In this document: piece after piece, positions 1 to 9,863 of the stretch
Layout: each line of letters begins with the position of its first letter
Position numbering within the stretch: position 1 is the stretch's first letter
From: a virus
Lineage: Duplodnaviria; Caudoviricetes
Reading direction: 5' to 3' (one strand)
DNA length: 64,000 nucleotides
Virus record (IMG/VR): IMGVR_UViG_3300024284_000001
Location: 2,266-66,265 of that record
Program-made: the position numbers and the translations under genes
The notes under the pieces: model-generated
Told to the model about the DNA's origin: nothing
What the model saw: the letters and a program-made list of their open reading frames with translations, nothing else
The model's database searches: none

Positions 1-21
1 CGGAGAGGGGGAGGGCGGACA

Positions 22-759
22 TTAGTAGAGCGACTCCAGGGTGGCGATCCTGCTGACGATGGCGTTGGACGAGCTGGCCGTGCCCCACTGAGCCGTGAGG
101 TCAACGACCTGATCGACCGATCCGTCGTACGAGCCGGAGATGACGGAGGCATCCCGAACGACGACGACGTACCCGCCGACACCGTCAGAGTCGTACGTGA
201 ACGTCGAGTAGGTGTGGGTAACGAGACCGCCGGACAGGTGGACGTCGGCCTGGAATCTCCACGGAACGGCGCTGGCGGCGGCATTGACCGTGAAGGCCGT
301 CGTATCGCAGACGATGTTGGAGTTCAGCTTCAGCTTGATTCGAAGCGTCGGGTTTGCGGTGTTCGCCAGGACGCCGAATGCGGAGAACCGCCAGACGTGG
401 GTGCCAGACGCGGCCGACGTGGGAATCGTCGTACTTCCGACGAGCGCCGTCCCGATGAGAGAAGTCTCGGTGGCGCTATTCGAGATTGACGCGCCGGAGG
501 TTACGAAGGCGATATTGCCGACGTAGCTGCCGTTGATCTTGACGCGGAACTCGGCCGTACCGATCGAGCGTACGTTGTCGATGCCTACGTTTCCGTTTCG
601 AGGGATCACGTCGTAGGGCTCTTCATCCGTTGAGCCCCAGCGGCAGACGCCTCCCTGGTTTGGCGCTAGACCTGGAAAGACGCTCATTTGCGGGGCCTCC
701 GTTAGGAGAAGAGCCCCGGCCAGGGCACAGACCGTGACCGGGGCTTTCAGGTTGAACAT
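22..759 (-). CDS. Virion structural (decoration-like) protein with N-terminal hydrophobic segment
   Basis: ATG at 759 overlaps the TAA of the upstream gene (TAATG), so the longer ORF-track start is unlikely. Beta-rich C-terminal domain is paralogous to 759..1430. Confidence 0.55.
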   Translation of the reverse strand: MFNLKAPVTVCALAGALLLTEAPQMSVFPGLAPNQGGVCRWGSTDEEPYDVIPRNGNVGIDNVRSIGTAEFRVKINGSYVGNIAFVTSGASISNSATETSLIGTALVGSTTIPTSAASGTHVWRFSAFGVLANTANPTLRIKLKLNSNIVCDTTAFTVNAAASAVPWRFQADVHLSGGLVTHTYSTFTYDSDGVGGYVVVVRDASVISGSYDGSVDQVVDLTAQWGTASSSNAIVSRIATLESLY

Positions 760-1430
760 TAGATCAGCTCGCCAATCGCGAGCGTCGAAACGATGGTGTT
801 GGCCGGATCCGAGGTGCCCCAAGTCGCCGTGACGGTGAGCGCCTGGGAGGCCGCGAGGTTGAGGGCCGTGAGGGACGCCGGAACGAGGATACCGCCCACG
901 ACACCCGTGTTGGTGCCGTAGCTGAAGATGCCGCCACCCGAGAGAACGCCAGTGGCTCCGGTCGTCGTGCAAACGAGTTCGCAGACGAGACGGAAGGGAG
1001 CGGTGGATCCGGTGACAGCGGTCGTCGCCTGGACAGCGGTCGTCGCAACGACGGTCGTACCGAGCTTCACCTTGATGGTGAGGTTCGGGGTCCCGGTGTT
1101 GCCAACGATGCCGTTGACCGTGAGGCGGAAGACCTTGCCCAGGGTGTTGAAGATGCCGGTGGTCGGCGTCAGCGAGCCGTACGAGATCGTTCCGGTAAGC
1201 AGGTTGGTCTCGGCGGTGGAGCTAGCAACCGCCGTTCCGCCGTACTGCTTGAAGAACGCGCCACCGGGGAGCGTGTCGTTGATGAGAGCGCGGGAGGACT
1301 GGGTGCCGATGCCGTAGAGGGCGTCAGCAGCCGAGGCTCCCGTGCAGGGGGTAAGGTCGAACGTGGTGTCATCGAGCGCCCAGCGGAGAAACCCGCCGGA
1401 CCACAAACCGAGGCTCTGGACTTGACTCAC
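759..1430 (-). CDS. Virion structural (capsid decoration-like) protein
   Basis: GGAG SD plus GTG; T/G/A-rich beta protein; first minus-strand gene downstream of the major capsid gene. Confidence 0.6.
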   Translation of the reverse strand: MSQVQSLGLWSGGFLRWALDDTTFDLTPCTGASAADALYGIGTQSSRALINDTLPGGAFFKQYGGTAVASSTAETNLLTGTISYGSLTPTTGIFNTLGKVFRLTVNGIVGNTGTPNLTIKVKLGTTVVATTAVQATTAVTGSTAPFRLVCELVCTTTGATGVLSGGGIFSYGTNTGVVGGILVPASLTALNLAASQALTVTATWGTSDPANTIVSTLAIGELI

Positions 1431-1484
1431 TGTTTTCTCCTATGCCGCCTTGACAGATCGGAATGGCGGCTCTAGATTAGTGTT

Positions 1485-2216
1485 ATGAAACAAAGACTGT
1501 GTTCCCGATGTGAAATCCCGCTTCCTCCGGAACGGAAACATGCGTACTGCCGAGGGTGCCTGAACGCCTGGATGAAAGAGCACCGAGCGAAGAATCCCGA
1601 GGCGGATAGGGAGCGCCAGCGTGCGTACCGTGCGGCGAATCCAGAGAAGGTTCGGGAATGGGAGCGTACGAAGTACGAGACCCACAAGGACGAGATCCGC
1701 CGTGCCTCGAAAGAAACGTACGAGCGCCTGAAGAAAGAGAACCCGGAGCTGCTGAGGCAGTGGAACCAGACGTCGTACGAGAGACGGAAGGCGAACTACA
1801 ACGCGATGAAGCGCCAGTTCGCCAAGGACCATCCAGAGGAGGCTCGGGCGATGTGGAAGAGGAGGCGCGAGCGAGACTGGCAGTCCAGGCGTACCGTCGA
1901 GCATCGGCGCAGAGCGAACGAACTCGGGGCCTCTGGCAGCCACACCACGGCGGAATGGCGCCAGAGGCTCGAGGATTTCAATCATGCCTGCGCCTACTGC
2001 GGGAAGGCCGTTACCGGGCGCCAAGCTCACAAGGACCACATCATCGCCCTCTCGAGAGGTGGAACCAACGACGCGGCCAACCTGGCCGTCGCCTGTCGAT
2101 CCTGTAACTCGCGGAAGGGGAATCGTGATCTTCATGAGTTCTTGGCCTGCATTCTCGCTGAGGGCTACTCGGTTCATCCCTTGGTTAGAGAGAGGACGGA
2201 ATTGTCAAAGAACTGA
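1485..2216 (+). CDS. Free-standing HNH endonuclease
   Basis: CAYCG...HKDHIIALSRGGTNDAANLAVACRSCNSRKG is a canonical HNH motif; N-terminal CxxC...CxxC; antisense to the structural operon. Confidence 0.92.
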   Translation: MKQRLCSRCEIPLPPERKHAYCRGCLNAWMKEHRAKNPEADRERQRAYRAANPEKVREWERTKYETHKDEIRRASKETYERLKKENPELLRQWNQTSYERRKANYNAMKRQFAKDHPEEARAMWKRRRERDWQSRRTVEHRRRANELGASGSHTTAEWRQRLEDFNHACAYCGKAVTGRQAHKDHIIALSRGGTNDAANLAVACRSCNSRKGNRDLHEFLACILAEGYSVHPLVRERTELSKN

Positions 2217-3453
2217 TCACTCCGCCCCTTCTGGGGTTTCTTTTGACAAATTGTTCACTGTTACCTATGTAGAAGAGTTCAGCACTTCCGAATCCACCGC
2301 TCGCTCCATAGACAGGAATCTTCGTATTCCCGGCCATGTTGAGGATCTGAGTCTCGAGAAGCGTTCCACGAGCCCAGTCCTTGACGTCAGTCAGGTCGAT
2401 GCGGGTCTGGTCAGCGTGGATGGACGTCATCACGGTGATGCCGCCGATCGTCCGCTGCTTCTTGCGGTTGACGAGGTAATCGATCTCGGTGCCGCCGTCC
2501 GTGCCGCTCTGGTACTCGACCTCGGCGACCATCTGCTGGAGGTTGACCCAGCTCGTGTGCTGGGAGGGGTGCATGTACCAGATCCACTTACCGGTGTCGA
2601 ACACCGTCGAGCCGAGGGCCTGTTCGACCTTCGTGAGAAGCGCCTGCGGGTGGGTCGGAGTGATGAGGGACGAGGCCGTGACCCCAGGCGTCCAGAGCTG
2701 CGGATAGGTCGCGCGGTTGAGCGTGAGCCAGGTTCCGGTCTGGGCCGTGGACTGGTGGTAGGCAAGGCCGAAGAGCGAGACCGGCGAGGCACCCGTCAGA
2801 CCGTCGATGACGATCTTGTCGGTGCTCGTGGTGCCCGCCGGCCAGCCGCCAGAGGCCGTGAGGGTGTGGTTGACGGGGTCGGGGAAGGACGTGATGACGG
2901 CGCTGCCCCGGTTCGTCGCGAGAGTCGAGTTGTAGACCTGGACGGTCTGGTTGTAGCGCGAGCCGGTCTCAAAGAACGGCGTCGCCATCGTGATCGCGTT
3001 GACGCTGGGGCCGGAGAGGATCGTTCCGGTGACGCCGTTGCCGGCGCCCTGAAGAAGGATGTCCTTGTACGTCTTGAACTCGACCATCGCATCGACGAGC
3101 GCGCGCTGGACGGTGTTCGCGACCGACTTCTCCTTGGAGTTCGTCGCGTACTCGGTCTTCTTCGTGTACTCGATGGCGATCGACTGATCGAGAGGCGAGA
3201 CCTGAGCCACCTCGTAGAAGGTGCCCGAGCCGCGTCCCTGGTCTCCACCGTCGAACGTCACCTGGCGGAACTTGCCGCCGGGCGCCATCGCGAGCGGGAT
3301 CCTCATGTTTCGGGTTGACTGATCTTCCGAGACCACCTTCTCCATCATGGAGCAGAGGTGATCCTCGGCTTCGTACATCCCAGTGACGAGCGGCATTACC
3401 CTCTCGAGTTCGACCGCTACGATGTCACTGATAGACTGGGCGGTGCCTGCCAT
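2185..3453 (-). CDS. Major capsid protein
   Basis: 422 aa directly after the scaffold-like gene and portal; composition and size typical of HK97-fold capsids. Positional plus family resemblance. Confidence 0.8.
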   Translation of the reverse strand: MAGTAQSISDIVAVELERVMPLVTGMYEAEDHLCSMMEKVVSEDQSTRNMRIPLAMAPGGKFRQVTFDGGDQGRGSGTFYEVAQVSPLDQSIAIEYTKKTEYATNSKEKSVANTVQRALVDAMVEFKTYKDILLQGAGNGVTGTILSGPSVNAITMATPFFETGSRYNQTVQVYNSTLATNRGSAVITSFPDPVNHTLTASGGWPAGTTSTDKIVIDGLTGASPVSLFGLAYHQSTAQTGTWLTLNRATYPQLWTPGVTASSLITPTHPQALLTKVEQALGSTVFDTGKWIWYMHPSQHTSWVNLQQMVAEVEYQSGTDGGTEIDYLVNRKKQRTIGGITVMTSIHADQTRIDLTDVKDWARGTLLETQILNMAGNTKIPVYGASGGFGSAELFYIGNSEQFVKRNPRRGGVISSLTIPSSL

Positions 3454-3465
3454 GTTCGTTGCTCC

Positions 3466-4983
3466 TTATCGGCTCCCGGCCGCGAGGCGCTCCTGTAGCT
3501 GAGCGAGCATTGCCTCGGGTGAGTAAGCCGGTTTGAACTTTGAGGTATCGACGGCCTTCGGCGGATTGGCTACCGACGAAGCTCCGGCGACGGCGATGTC
3601 CCGTGGGGCGGGGGCTGCGGCACGCGCCGTTTCGCGTCCCTTCTGGATGCTGCCGGCCGTAGAGAGAATCGGCTCGACAGCCTCGATGGCGCGCTTTTTC
3701 ACGTATGCCTTGGCCTGATCCACCGCGAGACTTACGAGGTAATCGTGGTTTTCCTTGGACATCTGGCCGTTCTGAATCATCCGAGTGAAGTCCTTCACCC
3801 AGACGTTCTGCTTTGCCGTGACGTCTCCGTAGACGCCCTGGAAAGCCTGATTCGCCAGACGCTCGAGAACTTCCGGCTTGTCCTTGAGCTGGGGAACGAG
3901 CGCGCTGATCTCGGTCTTGAGACTGCCGCGCACGTTGTCGAAGGCCGTGTTGAGCACCGAGTTCTGGAACCCCGTCTGAGCCTGGGTGCGCTGGGCCATC
4001 TGCTGCCGGTTGAAATACTCCCGCTCCTGCCGAAGCTGATTCAGCTCGTTCTTGACGGACGGCGGTAGATCGGTCTGCCCGTTCGGAGTCTTACCCTTGT
4101 AAAGCTCGTTCCGGATGACCGCTACGGCTGCCTGGAGAATCTGTCCCTCCTCGTTGTCGCCGAGGGCCTGGGCGTTGGTCTCGACATCGTCGAGCACCCG
4201 CCACATGCCATCAGACAGGACGTTCGCCCGTTCGGAGCGAATCACATCCTCACCGAGGATCAGGGCACGGTCAGCATCGAACTGCTGCGCGAGCACCTGG
4301 AAGGACTGGGGGTCAAGCTGAGAGAGGTTCGTAAGAAGCTGGCGTGGATTGGTCCTGAAGTCTTCGTAGAGGTTCTGGGCGGCGTTGGCGAGATCGACGG
4401 TACGAAGGGCCGACTGCTGCGTCGGGAACAGCTCGTTCAGCTCACGAGCCCTGTCGGGCGTCATATTCGCGTCCTTGTAGACGCGGGCGTCGCGAACTCT
4501 CACTCCGGTTTCGTCGAGTGCGCGGTTGCGGAACCATGCCTTACGAAGACGAGGGTTGGAGTCGAGGGCCGCCTTCTCGATGTCCGTCAGGTCCCCGTAG
4601 CCACCCTCCTCGTCCACCTCGTCTTCGGTCGTCACCGAGGTCGCGGCGGCTGGTTCGGCGGTCGGGGTTTCCTTCGGGGTCGCGAGGGCGTCGATAGCCT
4701 GGGCGATGGCGTCGGCCTTGGCGGGTTCCGCTGCGGCCGGCGGGATCACGTTGGTACCGGGTGCCGGGGTGGTGGTCGCCGTGGGCGAGGGAGCGACGCT
4801 CGCGGGCGCCGTCGAGGCGTTCGCGATCATCGAGAGGTAATTGGCCGCCTGTCCCCCTACGTCCGACGCGTTGATCGTCGATGACGCGGAACCGCTCGTG
4901 GCCGGAGACGGCACAGAGGCCGTGGTTGGCGCCGAGGGAGCCGGGGCGGGTGCGGTCGGGGTTGCTACTGCCGTGTCTGCCAC
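3466..4983 (-). CDS. Scaffolding/head assembly protein (putative)
   Basis: A/P/T-rich disordered N-terminus and helical body; lies between portal and capsid genes. Confidence 0.65.
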   Translation of the reverse strand: MADTAVATPTAPAPAPSAPTTASVPSPATSGSASSTINASDVGGQAANYLSMIANASTAPASVAPSPTATTTPAPGTNVIPPAAAEPAKADAIAQAIDALATPKETPTAEPAAATSVTTEDEVDEEGGYGDLTDIEKAALDSNPRLRKAWFRNRALDETGVRVRDARVYKDANMTPDRARELNELFPTQQSALRTVDLANAAQNLYEDFRTNPRQLLTNLSQLDPQSFQVLAQQFDADRALILGEDVIRSERANVLSDGMWRVLDDVETNAQALGDNEEGQILQAAVAVIRNELYKGKTPNGQTDLPPSVKNELNQLRQEREYFNRQQMAQRTQAQTGFQNSVLNTAFDNVRGSLKTEISALVPQLKDKPEVLERLANQAFQGVYGDVTAKQNVWVKDFTRMIQNGQMSKENHDYLVSLAVDQAKAYVKKRAIEAVEPILSTAGSIQKGRETARAAAPAPRDIAVAGASSVANPPKAVDTSKFKPAYSPEAMLAQLQERLAAGSR

Positions 4984-5051
4984 TTGGTTCTCCTATCCTG
5001 CCGATCAGGCTGTTTTACGTCGCGCCACGACGAGATCGGCGTCACAAATCA

Positions 5052-5438
5052 CTAATGGACCCTGTTGGACATGTACCAGCCCGAAAGGGCTGCGTTAAGC
5101 GTTCCGCCTGGAGTGATGGAGGCCACGCTGATTCGAACCCAGTCGTTCCGTGGAATCGACCAGGCCGAGCCACCTCCTACCGCGCCGTCCGTCGCATTCG
5201 TGATCGTGGCTTCGGTGAACCACGGCCCGGTCGCGGTGGGTCCGGTCTGGATGAGGCACGAACTCGTCGTGTCCCCTCCGTCGCCGAAGACGTGGATGCG
5301 AACGGTGTCGCACGTCGAGATGTCGTAGGCACGACTCGTCGAGACCGCTGTGAAATCGTTCCAGTTCGACGTCACGGTCTGCCCCACCTGGAAGGTGGGG
5401 CTCGGCGGGGCCGTCGAAATGAGCATGTAGATCGCCAT
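5052..5438 (-). CDS. Small beta-rich virion protein
   Basis: 128 aa, coupled to the portal stop; T/S-rich. Confidence 0.5.
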   Translation of the reverse strand: MAIYMLISTAPPSPTFQVGQTVTSNWNDFTAVSTSRAYDISTCDTVRIHVFGDGGDTTSSCLIQTGPTATGPWFTEATITNATDGAVGGGSAWSIPRNDWVRISVASITPGGTLNAALSGWYMSNRVH

Positions 5439-5441
5439 CTA

Positions 5442-7958
5442 TCACCCTCCCATCTGTGGGTTGGACTGCATTGCGTTTTGCGGGATCGGAGCGGATCCGC
5501 CCATCGCCTGCGGGCCGGGACCCGGATCCTGCGGCGGACCACCCGGCCCCGGAGCGGGCATCGGGGGCGGCATCATGGCCTGCTTGTGGGCGAGGCCGTG
5601 GAGCCTGACGTTCATCCAGGCTCCCTGGTTCGTCATCTTCAACGCCTGGGCCTCTTCCTTCTCGAGCCATTCCTGGATCGTCTGGAAGTGGACCTCGTGG
5701 TCGTCGAAGTCCTGGTCGATCGGCACGCTCGGGACGAGCGTCGGCTGCGGGGGCGGCTGGATCACCTGGCCGGTCGCCGGATCCTGCATCGGCGGTTGGG
5801 CCACAAGCTGCTGCTGGGGCTCTGACCTCACGAGTTCCTGGATCTCCCGCCGCTGCTGCTCTCGAGCCGACTCGCCGGGGATCTGAAGGCCGGTGAGCCC
5901 CAGGACCCCTTTGATCACCTGCATGTTCTCGGGGCTCGTCCCGATGCCGTTGAGGTACTGATTCGGCGACTGGAGGAGGCCCTCGTAGACCGTCCGCTTG
6001 TCGCCCATCGTCATCGGGTAGGTCTCGTCCGCCTCGGGGAAGACGAGGAACCGACCCTCGAGATCCGTCATCTTGATCGTGACGTTCTTGAATCCACCCT
6101 CGACGGGCTTGGAGTAGGTGACATCCATCCCCAGGGGCTTGCGGGACTCGATGAACGCCTCGACCGCGAGCTTCGCCATCCTCGCGTGAGCGTGTTTCAT
6201 GGACCGCCAGGGGATCCCGAGGCGCCCGAGGGCCTGATCCCTCGCCATCCGGTAGCCGGTGGCGGTCTTGATGTCCTTGTCGCTCTGCCCCTGGATCGCC
6301 GGCAGCGCCCCGGTCATGCCCTCAGAGAGCGGCCCGAGGATCTCCTCGCGAAGGGCCGTGGTCGCCTCCGAGAGCGTTGGAACGCCCGTCTCCCAGAAGT
6401 GGGCACCCGCCGTGTCGCCGGAGTTGAGAGTGATCGGCTGGATCTGGGCGGGCTTGATCTTCTGCTGGTTGATGGCGTCCTGGGAGAAGAGCTTGATATC
6501 GGCGAAGGTCGTCCTGACCCCGTGACGCGCGGCGTCGATCTCGAGATTGATGAGGTCGTTCCCCGCGTCCTGGGCGTCGAGCATGATGTCGCCGATCGAC
6601 TCGCGGACCTGGCCCTCGCCGGGGTACGCGTGGCAGACGACCCAGTCCTTGCTCATTGACCGCTGCCGGGTCTCGAGGAGGAGGTCCCCGCACGAGACCA
6701 TCAGGCAGCCGTCGCCCGAGAAGAGCTTCAGGAACCGCTCCCTCTTGTCCTTGTCCTCGATCCTCCAGAAGGAGGAGGGGCGGAGCCACGTCCGGGTGAG
6801 GGTCAGGAGGTCGGCGTTGTCATCGGCCGAGGAGATGCCGACGTATGGCCCGCTCCGGCCCTTGATCATCAGCCGGACGTTCCTCTCCCACTCTTCCTCC
6901 GGCCCGTTGCCGTAGGTGTTCTTCCCGAGCTTGTCGGCCGCATCCGGGTACATGGCCTTGACCACCGAGCGCTCGACTTCGTCCCTCCAGATGAGGTACG
7001 GGAACTCGTCGATGTCCTTGCCATTAGGCGGGACGAAGAGGTTGAGACCTCCGACGACTTCCACCAGCTCGGCGCCATTCGGGACGTCCTTCGTCCCCAT
7101 CGGCATGTCTACCGTCTGCGTCTCGCGCGGGCGGAAGGACATCGCGGACATCGGCTGCTGGCACATCGGGTTTTGGCATGTGGTTAGCGTATCCCCGTTG
7201 GGCTGGGGAGGGTTCCCCGGCGTCGTCGCCCCGCAGCCGGGACACTCGTAGCGGTCGGGTGCAACCTCGTGAGGGACGGGGAGAATGATCGGCTCGGGAT
7301 GCGTCCCGAAGCGCTGGGCATCGACAACGTGCCGGACGTAGAGCCCGTAGATGCCGTCGTTGTAGAGGAGCCACGCCTCGGTCGCCTGCACCTCTTCCAG
7401 ATGGTTCGTACGGCTGAACAGCTCCCAGATGGAGTTGGCTGCCGCTGCCGTCGCCTGGTCGTCAGAATTCTCGGCGCTCTCCGGGTAGAACCTCACTGTC
7501 GGAGGCGAACTCGAGAGGACGGCGATGAGCGATTGACCGCACCAGCGGTACTTGTTGAAGGTGTAGCCGGGATCGACCTCGTCACGCTCTTCGTCGGCTG
7601 GACGGGCGGTGCCAGCGGGACCAACTTGGATCCCCTCGAAGTCCCCGACCCGGCCGTTCCAGTAAATGTCCTGCTGCCCGGCCCAGTAGTAACGGCTCTT
7701 CCGCTTCTTCCGGATGTCGAGGCGGCGAGACCAAAGGGCCTGACGAGCGATCTTCTTCTGAAGGTCCAGAAGCTCCCGTTGGTCGTCGTCCGTCAGCGTC
7801 GGAGCACCGGGATTCGGGTCCGTAGACGTTGAGAGCGGCTTGCCGCCGAGGTTCTCGGGGACAACCTTCCCAGGCTCGTCCTTGCCGCCGCCACTCAGCA
7901 GCGACACGAGTGCCGGAAGACTGTTCCCCAGGGCCTCCATCGGCATGTTCATCGGCAT
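5442..7958 (-). CDS. Portal protein
   Basis: 838 aa with Pro/Gln-rich tail; located upstream of scaffold and capsid; P22-like long portal layout. Confidence 0.82.
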   Translation of the reverse strand: MPMNMPMEALGNSLPALVSLLSGGGKDEPGKVVPENLGGKPLSTSTDPNPGAPTLTDDDQRELLDLQKKIARQALWSRRLDIRKKRKSRYYWAGQQDIYWNGRVGDFEGIQVGPAGTARPADEERDEVDPGYTFNKYRWCGQSLIAVLSSSPPTVRFYPESAENSDDQATAAAANSIWELFSRTNHLEEVQATEAWLLYNDGIYGLYVRHVVDAQRFGTHPEPIILPVPHEVAPDRYECPGCGATTPGNPPQPNGDTLTTCQNPMCQQPMSAMSFRPRETQTVDMPMGTKDVPNGAELVEVVGGLNLFVPPNGKDIDEFPYLIWRDEVERSVVKAMYPDAADKLGKNTYGNGPEEEWERNVRLMIKGRSGPYVGISSADDNADLLTLTRTWLRPSSFWRIEDKDKRERFLKLFSGDGCLMVSCGDLLLETRQRSMSKDWVVCHAYPGEGQVRESIGDIMLDAQDAGNDLINLEIDAARHGVRTTFADIKLFSQDAINQQKIKPAQIQPITLNSGDTAGAHFWETGVPTLSEATTALREEILGPLSEGMTGALPAIQGQSDKDIKTATGYRMARDQALGRLGIPWRSMKHAHARMAKLAVEAFIESRKPLGMDVTYSKPVEGGFKNVTIKMTDLEGRFLVFPEADETYPMTMGDKRTVYEGLLQSPNQYLNGIGTSPENMQVIKGVLGLTGLQIPGESAREQQRREIQELVRSEPQQQLVAQPPMQDPATGQVIQPPPQPTLVPSVPIDQDFDDHEVHFQTIQEWLEKEEAQALKMTNQGAWMNVRLHGLAHKQAMMPPPMPAPGPGGPPQDPGPGPQAMGGSAPIPQNAMQSNPQMGG

Positions 7959-8200
7959 CAGTCGTTACCCCCGGCGTTTTTCCGCTCGAGAAGCGCTCGG
8001 GCAGCGCGACGATTCGTTCGCCAAAGGATCGGGGCGGTCAAGGGCTTCATGTTGTTCGCCGGGTTCTGGGCGACGAACCCCTTCTCGCCGAGCTGCTTCA
8101 CTGCGTCCATCACGCGGGCCTCCGTACGACGCACCTCCCAGATGACGGCTACGAAGCCGACCACGACCGTCACCAGTAGGAGGGCGAGGATGTAGGTCAT
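7958..8200 (-). CDS. Small membrane-anchored protein
   Basis: N-terminal TM (YILALLLVTVVVGFVAVIW); start overlaps upstream stop. Confidence 0.6.
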   Translation of the reverse strand: MTYILALLLVTVVVGFVAVIWEVRRTEARVMDAVKQLGEKGFVAQNPANNMKPLTAPILWRTNRRAARALLERKNAGGND

Positions 8201-8706
8201 GCCTCCTCGCTGTATTCGCGCGCCCTGTCGAGCACGTACTGGACGTAGGAGATTTTGTTTCCCTCGATCGGTCGTCCCGCGTTGTAGGCGCTAAGCGCGA
8301 GTTCGATTTTCCCGTATTTCTTGACGAACTTGGCGAGGTGCCGGCAGCCGTAGTGCAGATTCCGCTCTGGCTCCCAAAGATCGGAGAGGAATGCCCCGGC
8401 GAATCCGTACTCGCGAGCCACGGAGCCCTGGACCTGGCACAACCCCCATCCGGTGAGCTGCCCGAGGACTTCCATTCCGTCCGGACAAGGGAAGATGCCC
8501 CGCACGCCGGTGACGCTGCACGGATGCCCATCGGGACCGACGAAATACTGCCATCCGACCTCGGGCCTGAACGCCTTCGGGTTTCCGTTTGACTCCCGCA
8601 TCACGAGCCCGCCGACGATCGCTGACGGCAGGTCGGCCGCCCTCGCGGCAGTCTCGATCATGGCGCGGAGAGAAGGCAGGAACATCATTTCAGGATTACC
8701 TTCCAA
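8197..8706 (-). CDS. Endolysin, SLT-type lytic transglycosylase
   Basis: GLVMRES (catalytic Glu), GLCQV, ALSAYNAG motifs. Confidence 0.9.
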   Translation of the reverse strand: MEGNPEMMFLPSLRAMIETAARAADLPSAIVGGLVMRESNGNPKAFRPEVGWQYFVGPDGHPCSVTGVRGIFPCPDGMEVLGQLTGWGLCQVQGSVAREYGFAGAFLSDLWEPERNLHYGCRHLAKFVKKYGKIELALSAYNAGRPIEGNKISYVQYVLDRAREYSEEA

Positions 8707-9236
8707 AGACCGACGCCGCTGAGAATGGTGACGAGAGCGCAGAGCCAGCCGATGAGCGTTTTCATACCGTCAAGTTTCGCCAGGACGGTGTCAACCTTCC
8801 CGGTGACGGCATTTAGGTCACCACGAAGGCCGCTCTTCTCGTCTGGGCCGTGAAAGAGATTCTCCAACCGCCTCACCTTCTCTCCGAGTGCGTTCGTGTC
8901 ACCGAACGCCTTATCGATCCGCGCTGACTGAATGGCGACGGCCTCCCGAAACCCGTCGACCTTCTCGCCGAGCTGCTCCGCAAGCGGGACACGAAGCTCC
9001 CACCGCGTAGCCGCCGTCTCGAGATCGTGCATGCGGCGACGCCCACGGACGAACTCGTCTTCGTGCTTCTCGAGCTTTTCGGCGAGCCACTCCACGCGAG
9101 CGCCGATTGGCGTTTCATCCACCACACGCGGGCTCCTTAGTCGTGCTCGATGCCAGATGAACTCTGGCCAGGAGAACGGACGGATGGGGCGCGGGTCGTC
9201 CTCCTCGTCCGGCAGTAGAAGACCGGAGGGGTCCAT
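8685..9236 (-). CDS. Coiled-coil protein with C-terminal TM (lysis module)
   Basis: Heptad-rich body ending LIGWLCALVTILSGVGLWKVILK; adjacent to endolysin. Confidence 0.55.
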   Translation of the reverse strand: MDPSGLLLPDEEDDPRPIRPFSWPEFIWHRARLRSPRVVDETPIGARVEWLAEKLEKHEDEFVRGRRRMHDLETAATRWELRVPLAEQLGEKVDGFREAVAIQSARIDKAFGDTNALGEKVRRLENLFHGPDEKSGLRGDLNAVTGKVDTVLAKLDGMKTLIGWLCALVTILSGVGLWKVILK

Positions 9237-9245
9237 AGTTGCACC

Positions 9246-9476
9246 TCACGGTTTTCCCTCGAGAGCAGCATCGCGCTGCGCGCTCATTTTCCCGACCAGT
9301 TGCTCCAGATCCTCGATTTTCGAGTTGGCGATTGCAAGGTCCGATTTCAATGCCGTCATGTTGGAATTCACGAGAACGTGAATCTGATTAGCCTTCCGGC
9401 TATTGCTCACGCCAACGGCGGCAGCCACGGTGGCCGGCACGGCTGCGATCAAGGCGACGACGATGACATCGGTCAT
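9246..9476 (-). CDS. Membrane protein, holin-like
   Basis: N-terminal TM plus coiled coil; GAGG SD. Confidence 0.5.
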   Translation of the reverse strand: MTDVIVVALIAAVPATVAAAVGVSNSRKANQIHVLVNSNMTALKSDLAIANSKIEDLEQLVGKMSAQRDAALEGKP

Positions 9477-9478
9477 CG

Positions 9479-9862
9479 CTACCTCAAAACCGTGTTGTCA
9501 TAAACGCGTCGGATTCCGACATAAACCAGCAGCGTGACGTTGATGACGTACGCGACCTTTTTGGGGAGAATCCGTTCGATTTGCGGGAAGACGGTCTGGA
9601 GGGTCTGAAACAGACCGTCGATGGTCAGGAGCCAAAGCGTCACGCTTCGCATCTTTGGCTTCACCTCGGCCCCTGCCATCGTCGTACCTTCCGGGATTAC
9701 GGAGGCGAGTGATCCGGTACGCGGGGCGAGCGGGACGGCAACCAGCTCTCCCGGCTCCGCGATCTGATGAGCATCCGCAGCCGAGACCGGCGCCAAAACC
9801 GTGACCGGCGGGATTTGTTTCCCGCTGGCGGTGCTGGTCTCGGAGTGGATGTTGGCGCTCAT
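9479..9862 (-). CDS. Membrane protein, holin candidate
   Basis: Two C-terminal hydrophobic helices and a basic end. Confidence 0.5.
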   Translation of the reverse strand: MSANIHSETSTASGKQIPPVTVLAPVSAADAHQIAEPGELVAVPLAPRTGSLASVIPEGTTMAGAEVKPKMRSVTLWLLTIDGLFQTLQTVFPQIERILPKKVAYVINVTLLVYVGIRRVYDNTVLR

Positions 9863-9863
9863 G

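Noticed and set aside
2244-2272. Plus-strand promoter TTGACA-17-TATGTA
   Set aside because: It lies inside the capsid CDS downstream of the HNH gene with nothing sensible to drive; probably chance, though an antisense RNA cannot be excluded.
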